From Marsupella aquatica (lineage: Eukaryota; Plantae; Marchantiophyta): a stretch of 64,000 nucleotides of DNA. A program made the position numbers and the translations under genes. Location of the stretch: the NCBI GenBank assembly GCA_973895155.1, contig OZ316893.1:24665520-24729519 (forward strand), in the 5' to 3' direction. Under the pieces are notes generated by a model, which was not told the origin of the DNA, did no database searches, and worked only from the letters and a program-made list of their open reading frames with translations. This document shows, piece after piece, positions 51,120-61,297 of the stretch (positions within the stretch are counted from its first letter, which is position 1; each line of letters opens with the position of its first letter).

Positions 51120-52480
51120 TTGCCATTCCACGAATCCAAACGTTGGCTCAACTATCACGCTTGGATTGGGGTGGTCCAAATCAAAACCACGAAGATTGTA
51201 TTCCGAAGGTCAAATTTAAGCATCTCGCTTGAATTGGGATCATCCGAATCCAAACCAGCCTCTATCCAACACACCCTCTTGGATTTGGATGGTCCGAATC
51301 CAAACCCAGATGGGATCCCAAAGGTCCCAATTCAACAAACGTGCTTGGATTGGGATGGTCCGAATCCAAACCCAGATTTTATTTCAAAGGTCCCAATTTA
51401 AGCACCAGGCTTGGATTCGGATGGTCCGAATCCAACACTAGATTGTATTTCAAAGGTCCAAATCCAACCCACCATCTTGGATTCGGATGGTCCGAATCCA
51501 AACACAGATTCTATCCCGAAGGTTACAATTCAACAAACCCGCTTGGATTCGGATGGTCCGAATCCAAAACCAGATTGTAATTCAAAGGTCCGAATCCAAC
51601 CCACCATCTTGGATTCGGATGGTTTGAATCCAAACACAGATTATATCCCGAAGGTCCCAATTCAACAAATCGGCTTGGATTGGGATGGTGCGCGAATCCA
51701 AACCCAGATTGTATTTCAAAGGTCCCAATTTAAGCATCGGGCTTGGATTCGGATGGTCCGAATCCAAAACCAGATTGTATTTCAAAGGTCCGAATCCAAC
51801 CCATCATCTTGGATTTGGATGGTCCGAATCCAAACACAGATTCTATCCCGAAGGTCCCAATTCAACAAACCCGCTTGGATTGGGATGGTGTGCGAATCCA
51901 AACCCAGATTGTATTTCAAAGGTGCCAATTTAAGCATCGGGCTTGGATTCGGATGGTCCAAATCCAAAATCAGATTGTATTTCAAAGGTCCGAATCCAAC
52001 CCACCATCTTGGATTCGGATGGTCCAAATCCAAACACAGATTCTATCCTAAAGGTCCCAATTCAACAAACCCACTTGGATTGGGATGGTGCGCGAATCCA
52101 AACCCAGATTGTATTTCAAAGGTCCCAATTTAAGCATCGGGCTTGGATTCGGATGGTCCGAATCCAAAACCAGACTGTATTTCAAACGCCCAAATTCAAT
52201 CATCTCGCTTGGATTGGGATGGTCCAAATCCAAACCGAGATTGGATCCCAAAGGTCACAATTTAAGCATTGCACGCTTGGATTTGGATGGTCCGAATCCA
52301 ACACACCCTCTTGGATTCGGACCATCCGAATCCAAACCAAGATTGGATTCTGATCAGATGGTCCCAATCCTAGAAAATGGATTGGATTCGGATCATCCGA
52401 ATCCAAATAACAATCTAGGATTAGGACCATTATAATCCACACATCAAGTCTGGATTCAGATGGTCTAACTCCACAATGAA
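51120..52480. repeat. Array of TTGGATTCGGA-TGG-TCCGAATCCAA hairpins in ~67-bp subunits and a 200-bp higher-order repeat
   Basis: ttcaacaaa markers at 51661, 51861 and 52061. About 20 copies of the palindrome between the divergent genes of B. Confidence 0.9.
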
Positions 52481-53463
52481 GATTATGTTGAGATGGATAT
52501 ATTGAGATTGAGATCTCTTCTAAATGTCTTAATCAAATTTAGACATTCTGGGTTTTTTGGAACATTGGGTAATTCGTGAAATAATAATTGGGAAGTCACT
52601 AGAATGCAGAACAAAGTGAAAGGTAAACCCTAAACTTCCCTAAGAACTCAGAATAAGCAAAGCGACTAAGACCATAACTCACCTCAGCAGTCTTGTTTTT
52701 CCAGTATGTCTCCAAGGTTGGCTCTGCTACCTCTAAATTGATGAATAAGTTCATATCAAACTAACTAAGAAAGCTATCAAAGCCACTTCAAGTCTAAACT
52801 CCATCAGAGAGAAGAGCTCAGGAGGAGTTGCGCAGACCTGGATGCCCAAGTGAAGATATGAAACTAAAACAACAATGATGTCCGTAGAGTACCTCTTATA
52901 CTCGTGGGTTGGTATGTTCGGCCCTGAATGTGCGATCCGATAAGGTTGAGGCAACACCGAGTATCGCGGTTAGAACAATCATCCAATCCTTTTTCAATCC
53001 ATTGTGTCAGACAATACAGCTAGCGTCCCACCCAAATTGATAGGACCAGATCCCTTCTTGGTCTCTATCCGTACAGAGATCATCCATACAGAGATCATCC
53101 GTACAGAGATGATCCGTGCAGCAATCATCCGTACAGAGATGATCCGTGCAGCAATCATCCGTACGCAAACAAGCCTTTCAAGAGGGGGTAAAGGGAGAAC
53201 GAGGTCTTCCATAGACCTCATTGTTGTTTCGCTCTCTGTCGCTCCTCACTCTTGCTCTAGCTCCTCATTCTCGCTCCTCACTCTCGCTCCTCACTCTCGC
53301 TCTAGCTCCTCATTCTCGCTCCTTGCTCTCGCTCTTGGCTTGCTGCCGCCGCTATCCCTTGCCCTTGCCCTAATTGCCTTCTTGCCCTAATCTGCTGCAA
53401 CGCCCTAGATCTTGCCCATCTTGACGTGTCCTCAATATATCCTACCATGTGTCACTCCTAAAA

Positions 53464-56400
53464 ATGGAAGTTGCCAAGAAAACCGTCATCGTCCTGCTCG
53501 CCGAAGAATCTGATGACTTGGATCTCTCCTCTGTCGGTGATCTTGTGGCCCTAGCGCTTGGGGATTCCCAAGAATTTCAATCACAAGTCCAAAGTAAGTT
53601 TCCGGAGGTTTATTCATGCATCTTAAGTTGTTGGATTTGGATGGTCCGAATCCAAGAGGGTTGTTTGGATTCGGACCATCCGAATCCAAGTGGGTTGTTT
53701 GAATTCGGATGGTCCGAATCCAAGTGGCTTGATTGGATTCGGATGGTCTGAATCTAAGAGGGTTGTTTGGATTCGGACCATCCAAATCCAATCAAGCCAC
53801 TTGGATTTGGACCATCCGAATCCAAGTGGGTTGTTTGGATTCGGACCATCCGAATCCAAGTGGCTTGATTGGATTCAGATGGTCCGAATCTAAGAGGGTT
53901 GTTTGGATTCGAACCATCCAAATCCAATCAAGCCACTTGGATTCGGACCATCCGAATCCAAGTGGGCTTCTTGTATTGGATTCGGATGGTCCGAATCCAA
54001 GAGCCCTCAATCTCACATTGACAGTGATTTCTTAAAACAAATTTCATGGATTTGAAGTCTAATATGAATTTTCACTCTCCAATGCAGAGAGTGATCTGGT
54101 GAATACAACTCTCGCCATTTCAGAGGCAGACTGCGACGATGGGCTCATTTTGGAGGACCGCGATCCAGGATTTCGGTGGGGACTTGAGTTCTCGCGAGTA
54201 AACTTCCGCCTGAATTCATTTAACATTCAGGATCCAGTGTTATGTGTCAAGATCAGGACAGGCAACAACCAAACATTGGTCATCGGACCCGTGGTCTCTG
54301 TGGGAATGATAGGAAGAGGAATGAATTCTATCATTGTAGAGGTGTCGGACACGATGAGGTGGGCAAAGTTGCAGCTCCCGTCAAAGGCTTTCTCGGCCGA
54401 GTTCAATGTGGAATGGTATGCAAGTGGGGAATTAAGTGTGTTGTCGATGGGATTCTTTCCAAAATCCTACACAAAGGAGAAGATTATTGGAGGACTGAAG
54501 GGAATGCTTCCTTTGGACATTTTTATGGGTTTCTTTATTTGAAACTCAACATTGTAAACAACCCATCAAAGTTCTCACTTCCATCCACATGGACTCTTAA
54601 CAATTTGCTTCAGAAAGCAGGTCTGGTGTCACCAGACTCAAATGTTTGGATCACCAAGGCACTAGCCTTTGCACACACGCTTGACCTGGAAAAAGCAAAT
54701 CTATGGGTAGAGTCTTTGGTGAAGTTGAGGAAAAGTACACAACCATAGAACATAATTGAGTCTACGCCAGCCAAAGGAACTCCAGCAACTACGACGGAGA
54801 CAGCACAAACTACTGCAGCAACAACCATGGATAGAGCGGCAGGGAAGCGGAAGCAGAGGGAGAAGAAGCTTCCGGTTGAGAAACCTACTTCAGTTGAGAA
54901 GAAGATCACGGCTCCAGCTGAGAAGAAGAAGTTTCCAGCCGAGAAGAAGTCGAGGGAGAAGAAGAAACAAAAAACCGACACCGGAGTTGTGAATTCAACT
55001 CCTGTAGATTTTTCATTACATGCTGAAGATGAGGGTGATAGGCCACATGCTCCAGAGGAGAAAGACGTCTTAGAAGGGAATGAAGTTCTTCAACAAATGG
55101 AGCAGTACTATACTTTTGGGATAAACGAAATTTTTCTGATCCTAGTTGAAAGTATTTTTGCCGCACCAGCGAGACTATGCTATCGGATGATGAATTTTGA
55201 TCATGTGCAAGACATTGTTGATTCCATGATCAAAACACCTGGGCATGAGCCACATGTCGCTGATTTGATTCCTTTTAACGTCGAGCGAAGAAAGGTACTC
55301 CACTTTGAGAATACGGAGTCGGACCGGAAGGATTTTTTGGCCGGAGTGAAAAAGGGCAAGGTCCAATTTCTAGCCGTTAGTGGTCAGCACTCTGCGAGAG
55401 CTGCGAGATGGATTCGTGATTGGGCAACGAAGGATGCCAAGCTCACCCAGTTGGCCAAGAAGTTAGAATTCAGGAAATCCAGAATATTGTCTGATCGCAC
55501 ACCGTCTTCAATTCTTGTTGAGCACTCCATGAGATCGAACGCCATCAATAGCATGATGGTGTTTCAGTCTTGCTTTAAAGATACAGTTGTCCATGCGAGG
55601 CGGCAGTTTGTTGAATGTGGAAATCCAGACAAACCAAAACATGGCGACAACAAAACAAATGCTCAAGACAACCAAAAATTTCAGGTAAGAAATGTGATTA
55701 CTTTGTATGCATTTCTCTACCATAGAGAGTAATTCTATTTTGGATTCGGATGGTCTCAGTCCGACACGATTTGTCAAAGAGTATTGGAACTTTTGGAATG
55801 TTTAGTATGAGTTTTGTTTTTGATTGAGACCATCCGAATCCAAAACTATTATCGCACATTAGAATCCTTTTTTTCCAACCCTTGAGTTGGGGATAACTGA
55901 CTAGCTTTCCTTTTGGATTGTAGGATTGGTTGGCTCTGGCAAGAATGACTATGGGCAGGAAGGACTTGCAAAATGTATGCTGGCTACTTTTTGCGGACAA
56001 CGATCTTTTTGAGTTGTGGGGGTTAGTCTGTGAGATGTGGTTGCATGGGAAACTTCCTGATGGAGCTGGGATGGAAGGAAATAACAAGTCCGAAAAAGCA
56101 ATTACCATTGCCATGTTTTGTCCCTTTGATGGTGAGTTGATCTCACAGAAAGACATCACAAAAATCCTGACACAAGTGAAGTCAGGAAAGGCATTGCTGA
56201 AGAAAGATGCCACAAATAAATCTGACATACCCTCAATAGAGGAGCTTGCGAAGGATGTGAAAAAAGTGAGGAAGCTCAAGTCTCTCATTGAAGAGTACTA
56301 CTTCGGCAAGGATCCAAGGAATTTTCCTTCGGATACCGACTAGAAGAAAGTTGTAGAGGTTCTACCATTGTTGAGTGTTGACGCAGAATTCAATAGATGC

Positions 56401-58298
56401 AGAAGAGTGGCTGGTGAAGTTTTTTTGTCAAATCTGTTGAAGCCAAATCATACCAGGGAGAGTGAAATCTTGCCAATAGCTCTGGTGATGCGCCTTGATG
56501 ACATTTATTGCCAGAAGTTTGGCGGAGGGACACATTCTCGGAGCCAACCGTGGGTCATGTTCTTTAGTGACAATCTAATGAAAACAGTTGATCCACCAGC
56601 AATAGAAGAATCATCTCCAACGTGCTCACTTGCCATTGTTGACTTCAGTCGAGATCACCAGAAGCTGTGGACGGAAGCAGAAGTTTTGGTCTTTCTGCAA
56701 TACATTGTGGAGCTACCACAAAATCTTACAATCGTTGTAGCCATAACTGTTCATCCGGGGCCTCTTGCAATGAATGTCCTAAGCTCACTTCGAAAATTGG
56801 GACAAGAGAAATCTCTCACGATTCACATTGTGTATGGGAGTTATTCTCGAGAGGATCAACCGCACCCGCTTGATTCATGTTGGGGAGGCGGAATTGAAGA
56901 AGTTATATTCGCATGAATTTCTCGAGATGAAAATGTCAATTGGAATGATGTTTCAAACCCAATCACCCAAAGCCAAAATTCTTTTTTGGTTCAAAAGATA
57001 CTAATTTTGAGGTCACCAAGATTGACACTGGGAAGGCAAAGGTTGACACAGACGACGTGTCAAAACCCGAAGATCTAAAAATAATGCTGACCCCAGAAGA
57101 GGCGACCAAGGTTTTGCACATGGCCCCTCGATTTGAGATAGTTGGTGCTCGTGGTGGTTGGGTGAATCCACATGCCAAACCCACACGGATGATACAGAGG
57201 ATTATTGAATCCTTGTCAGAAGCTGGAGACTTGATTCTTGATTTTTTCTCGGGTGGTCAAGTGATGAAGACAGCATTCTTGGTGCAACGCGAATGCTTTG
57301 TTTATTGTGACTCTCAAGATGAGAGACACTTTGTGGAAGCGTATGCTTCATTCCTTTGCGAGAGGGTCCCCTCAATCAAGGAAAATTGGGATCCTCGTGG
57401 TGGGAGTTCTAGGCATTGGAAACCCACTATTGCGGATGTTTCTGTCGAACATGAATCAGCTGATAATTCCGAAGAAGTGGGCGCTAAGTCAGTCAAAGAT
57501 GATGGGGAATCAGAGGTGGCGTATGCAAAGAATTTGGATGACCGTGTAGGTCAAAGTGAAAGCATAGAACCCTACGATGTTGATGATAACGTTGGTCTTG
57601 CACCACGCCCTTCATCAGGTGCAGATGATGTCCCTTTGGAACCCTATGAAGTTGAGGTTGATGACAACTTGGACAAGGATGGTCTCAATCCAAATATGGT
57701 GCAACGAGAAACGGACGGAATTGGTGATCCGATTGACATTGATACATTTGAAAATTGTTCGTCAACCAATTTGGTCGCGGACGGTGGAGACAGACAGGTC
57801 AATTCGAATGAAGCTGACACCCAAAATTTGATTCCCGGGACGGCTGTCGAAGTACGTGAGATTCCCATGACCCCAGAAGCCCGTGCATCAGCGACTGTTG
57901 ACAACCAGGCGGGTGCTTCAATTTGTCCTGACACACTCTTTTCAGCTTCTGATGACAAATTGGTTTTTGTTCGTTCACACTCGGGAAGTCCAGTTATCCT
58001 TCCTCTCTCAAAGAAAAAAGGGAATAGAGTTGGATCAACCGGATGGAGGTCACTTGAACGTGATGCACGATGTTATGTGTGGAAAAGTGGGCCAAATAGA
58101 GGCCAAGAAGTTTCATTGGATGCTGCTCCATCGATTCTTAACAGGAAGGAGTATAAGAGAGGAGAATTGAGATTGATAACTCCTATTTGGACGTCACCTT
58201 ATTGGGTAGAACAAAGTACTTCAGATGTCAATTTTGAAATCCAAGAGGAGCTAGGTGTTGACATTATTGATGAATACGGATCTCTTTTTTCAGACTGA
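53464..58298 (+). pseudogene. Element B ParB/Srx-like domain plus degenerate N6A/N4C methyltransferase (introns, stops, frameshifts)
   Basis: YRMMNFDHVQDIVDSM...FLAVSGQHSARA parallels A's RTVDHLHVKNI...GGNHGARA. CSLAIVDFSRD aligns with YTLAIADIPYG. WVNPHAKPTRMIQRIIESLSEAGDLILDFFSGG is an MTase C-terminal motif. Introns ~53593-54088 and ~55685-55923. Confidence 0.75.
53630..54000. repeat. Second array of the ttggattcgga-N3-tccgaatccaa hairpin, inside an intron
   Basis: About 11 copies at ~33-bp spacing, with two further copies at 55740-55845 in the next intron. Confidence 0.9.
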
Positions 58299-59376
58299 GA
58301 TCAAACCGTCTGACTTTCCATTTTTTCATACCAATCTAAAATACTTCTCGGTCTCACAGAATGCGGTCAGCAATTAGAGCCTCGATATCCACCTACGCTC
58401 TTTGGGGCTTCTAAAAATGGTATGTAGGTTTTCTTTGTTGTTAGTCATTGTCTTGTATTTTGGACTGAGACAATCTCAGTCCAAAGTTCAAATTTGGTTT
58501 TCTTTCTAAGAGTTGTATTTGTTGCACTTGTAGAATCGAGACCTTGTCCCATCAAGCGGAAGTTGCTGATTTTGGATCTTAACAAAATACTTTGGGATTC
58601 ACTTGAATTCCAAAGCAAGGGCAAATCCAGAAACATTGTGACCCCAAATGGAGTGCATTGGGATAGATCAAATGGAACTAGTCGCATGTATACAGAGAGG
58701 CCAGGGTTCCATGAGTTTCTAAAGTTGGTTTTTGACCGGTTTGACATTGCAATTTGGACATGTGCTGGGATGCCGCGGACAGTGAAAATGTTGAACATGA
58801 TGTTCACTGTTGAGAAGCGGTTGAAACTGAAGTTTGTATTCACACAGGTGGAAGCCTTTGACACAGGCATTCAAAGGCGTGACATTACAAATGGAAAGGC
58901 ACATGTGCTATTGAAGGATTTTCGGGTGGTATGGAGTGCATTTGGAAATCTATATGATGAAACCAACACACTCCTTGTGGATGACTCCCCCTTGAAGGCA
59001 TTTGCCAACCCAGACATGACCGGACTATTTCCAGTGCCCTACACGCATGTCAATCGTGGAGACAATTTTCTTCTAACAATTCTTTGGCCATGTCTTGAGA
59101 AACTGTCACATGCAAGTGACATTCGTTGTTATCTTCTCCTAAACTCTCCAAAGTGGTCTCTATTGCACATTAAGAGAGACAAGGCAAAAAATGAGATTAC
59201 TTATGATCAACTTAGTAAGAGATGTGCAACAAAAATTTGGAAGTCACAGTATAGGCATAGTATGCTGGACCTCAATAGCAATGAGATTCCTTGGGCTATG
59301 AAGCACCGTTGTCTGGGGGGAAAATGTGGTTCTTGAGGAAGCACCGGGCCTATGGCTGCTAGTGTCAAGAGAGAAC

Positions 59377-59586
59377 TTAAGTTAAGATCATGATTACTAT
59401 TCTAGACTGGGTAGCAGACACAACAAGGAACGGTTCCGTGGATGAAAGCACAACATCATAACCCTTTTCTCCATACCTACGGACTATTGCCTCCTTGGCA
59501 GCTACCTTGGGTCGAGTTACAAAACGAATATCTCCCAACGAGAAAGAAACGGGAGGCTCATCGGAGGGAGGTTTGTTGAGATCCAT
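59377..59586 (-). CDS. LTR small protein 2 homolog
   Basis: MDLNKPPSDEPPVSFSLGDIR...EPFL...RIVIMILT; ATG 1 nt after the ORF1 stop. Confidence 0.65.
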   Translation of the reverse strand: MDLNKPPSDEPPVSFSLGDIRFVTRPKVAAKEAIVRRYGEKGYDVVLSSTEPFLVVSATQSRIVIMILT

Positions 59587-59587
59587 C

Positions 59588-59794
59588 TCAATACAAGATA
59601 AAAATTGTGCAAGCCCAATCCTGCCCGTAAACTACATAAGGGTATACAATTGGCTCTATTGAATTTAATACCGCAGTTGCAAATGCTTCTCCAAAGTGAA
59701 AAGTCATATGCTGGCGCATTATCTCTTTTTGGAGTACATGAATTCTAATAAGGAAAGGATTAGGGAGAGGAAGAATAGGTACTGGTCTGGGCAT
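59588..59794 (-). CDS. LTR small protein 1 homolog
   Basis: MPRPVPILPLPNPFLIRIHVLQKEIMRQHMTFHFGEAFATAV...WACTIFILY, colinear with 38124-38339. Confidence 0.65.
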   Translation of the reverse strand: MPRPVPILPLPNPFLIRIHVLQKEIMRQHMTFHFGEAFATAVLNSIEPIVYPYVVYGQDWACTIFILY

Positions 59795-61297
59795 TATCGT
59801 ACTATCAAATATTTCATCCAACTAATTTTTATTCTAATGACAGGAGATAGAATCATTCAACAAAAAGATCATCCATTTCAAACAAATATCATGCATTGAG
59901 TTAACTCTAAGTATATACATGCAGATGTTTATCTTAATAGGTTGATCTTCTTTTGAATGAAAATACTATCTGAAGGTCCAACTCATACAAAATACCTCTG
60001 GCCGAGCCGAAGCTCTAAGCAAGAGTGCATGAGTGGGTCTACTTCATAAGGGTTATATTCATAGAAGAGATCATCAAGTCCAATGGATTTTTAAGACTTC
60101 ACAACTTAGTTGATGAAAAATGGGGAGTCTGGGGAGAGAGCCCCTCTCCTCTTTATTTATAGTGCTCACACCTCAAGCACACGGATCAAGCATGGCACAC
60201 GGATGGAAGCCATGTGTCACACATCCAAGGCAAGTAAGTGTGCTAGTACTGTAGTTACGTGAGTGGAGCAACTGTAGACAGTACACTGTAGTATGCACAC
60301 TGTAGATCGTACACTATAGCATGCATACTGTAGATCGTACACTGTAACATGCACACTGTAGATCATACACTGTAGCATGCACACTGTAGATTGTACACTG
60401 TAGCATGCACACTGTAGATCGTATACTGTAGCATGCACACTGTAGGTCTTGCACTATAGCATGCACACTATAGATCGAACAATATAGCATGCATACTGTA
60501 GACCGTGTACTGTAGCATGCACACTGTAGGTTGTGCACTGTAGCATGCACACTATATACTGCATATGCGAGAATTTAAACTACTATCCTATACTACTAAG
60601 CTATACTTAGGAGGAACTTACTAAACAAAGAATCCCCACGACACCGTATATGTAGCTTACGTCCTGAGGTGGAACTTGACGATGCACTTGTCACCTCACT
60701 TGCTAGATCATTTGTAGGACGGGAATATTCAGGTCTGTATAGAGAAAATCCCAGACACTTTTTGCGGGAGATTATAGCAGTTAGGAACAACACCACCAAA
60801 TTTCATCTCCCTGAAGATAAAGGGAGTTGCAACCATGATATTAGGGTAGATAGTAAAGGAGACAAGGGCACGTGCTCAAATAAATATTGTAAGGAGCACT
60901 TTGTTTAGAGATCTGACTCATGTTAAGCCCATTAGACAGTAAAAATGGGTGCCAGCCCTGGATATTCATTGTAAGTTTGGACACAATTGTATATAATTAT
61001 TTCACACATTATCAATCAATGGTCCTTGCCTAGGCTTCTTTGTGCGTAAATGTTTTTACAAGTATGATCTCTATCCCATGGTTCTTTGTGAACTAATAAG
61101 TAATATAATACTATTATAATTAATATAATATAATATATTAATATAATACTAATAAGATTTGGCCTATAAAGTGTACATTTAGGTATCAAAAAGTGTACAT
61201 TTGGGCTTCTTAAAGTGTACATTTGGGGACATAAAAGTGTACATTTCAGGACTGATTTGTGAACAAAAGAAAATACACTTTTAATGAATAGGCTGAT

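Larger units (their letters stand above)
59310..60643 (-). mobile_element. Solo LTR of a divergent relative of the 37465 Gypsy family, 4-bp TSD CCGT
   Basis: Minus strand begins tgtcgtgggg and ends ccccagaca. CCGT at 59306-59309 and 60644-60647. Identical TATA cactataaataaag. U3 tandem repeat (~28-bp actgtagcatgcac unit, 60280-60560). Confidence 0.92.
58533..60908 (+). pseudogene. FCP1/NIF-type HAD phosphatase-like domain with a Cys/His tail, split by a solo LTR
   Basis: KLLILDLNKIL...RPGFHEFL...IAIWTCA...LLKDF..VW...NTLLVDDSPLKAFANP. Removing the LTR joins MKHR to ICSLRPEVELDDA in frame with ORF 60669-60908 (CNH...CSNKYCKEH). Confidence 0.82.
32980..61295. mobile_element. Large TIR DNA transposon 'element B' (about 13.3 kb without nested inserts), 24-bp perfect TIRs, 2-bp AT TSD
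   Basis: CAGCCTATTCATTAAAAGTGTATT at 32980-33003 and its reverse complement at 61272-61295, flanked by AT on both sides. Removing it with one AT restores the gag-protease frame (...VDTN TNSLHK...MLDTSA). Confidence 0.92.

Noticed and set aside
51120-54035. Palindromic arrays as a CRISPR array, and the many ORFs over them (DSDGPNP, WIRMVRIQ)
   Set aside because: Spacers are themselves repeated with a 200-bp period, there are no cas genes and the context is eukaryotic. The ORFs are by-products of stop-poor repeats.
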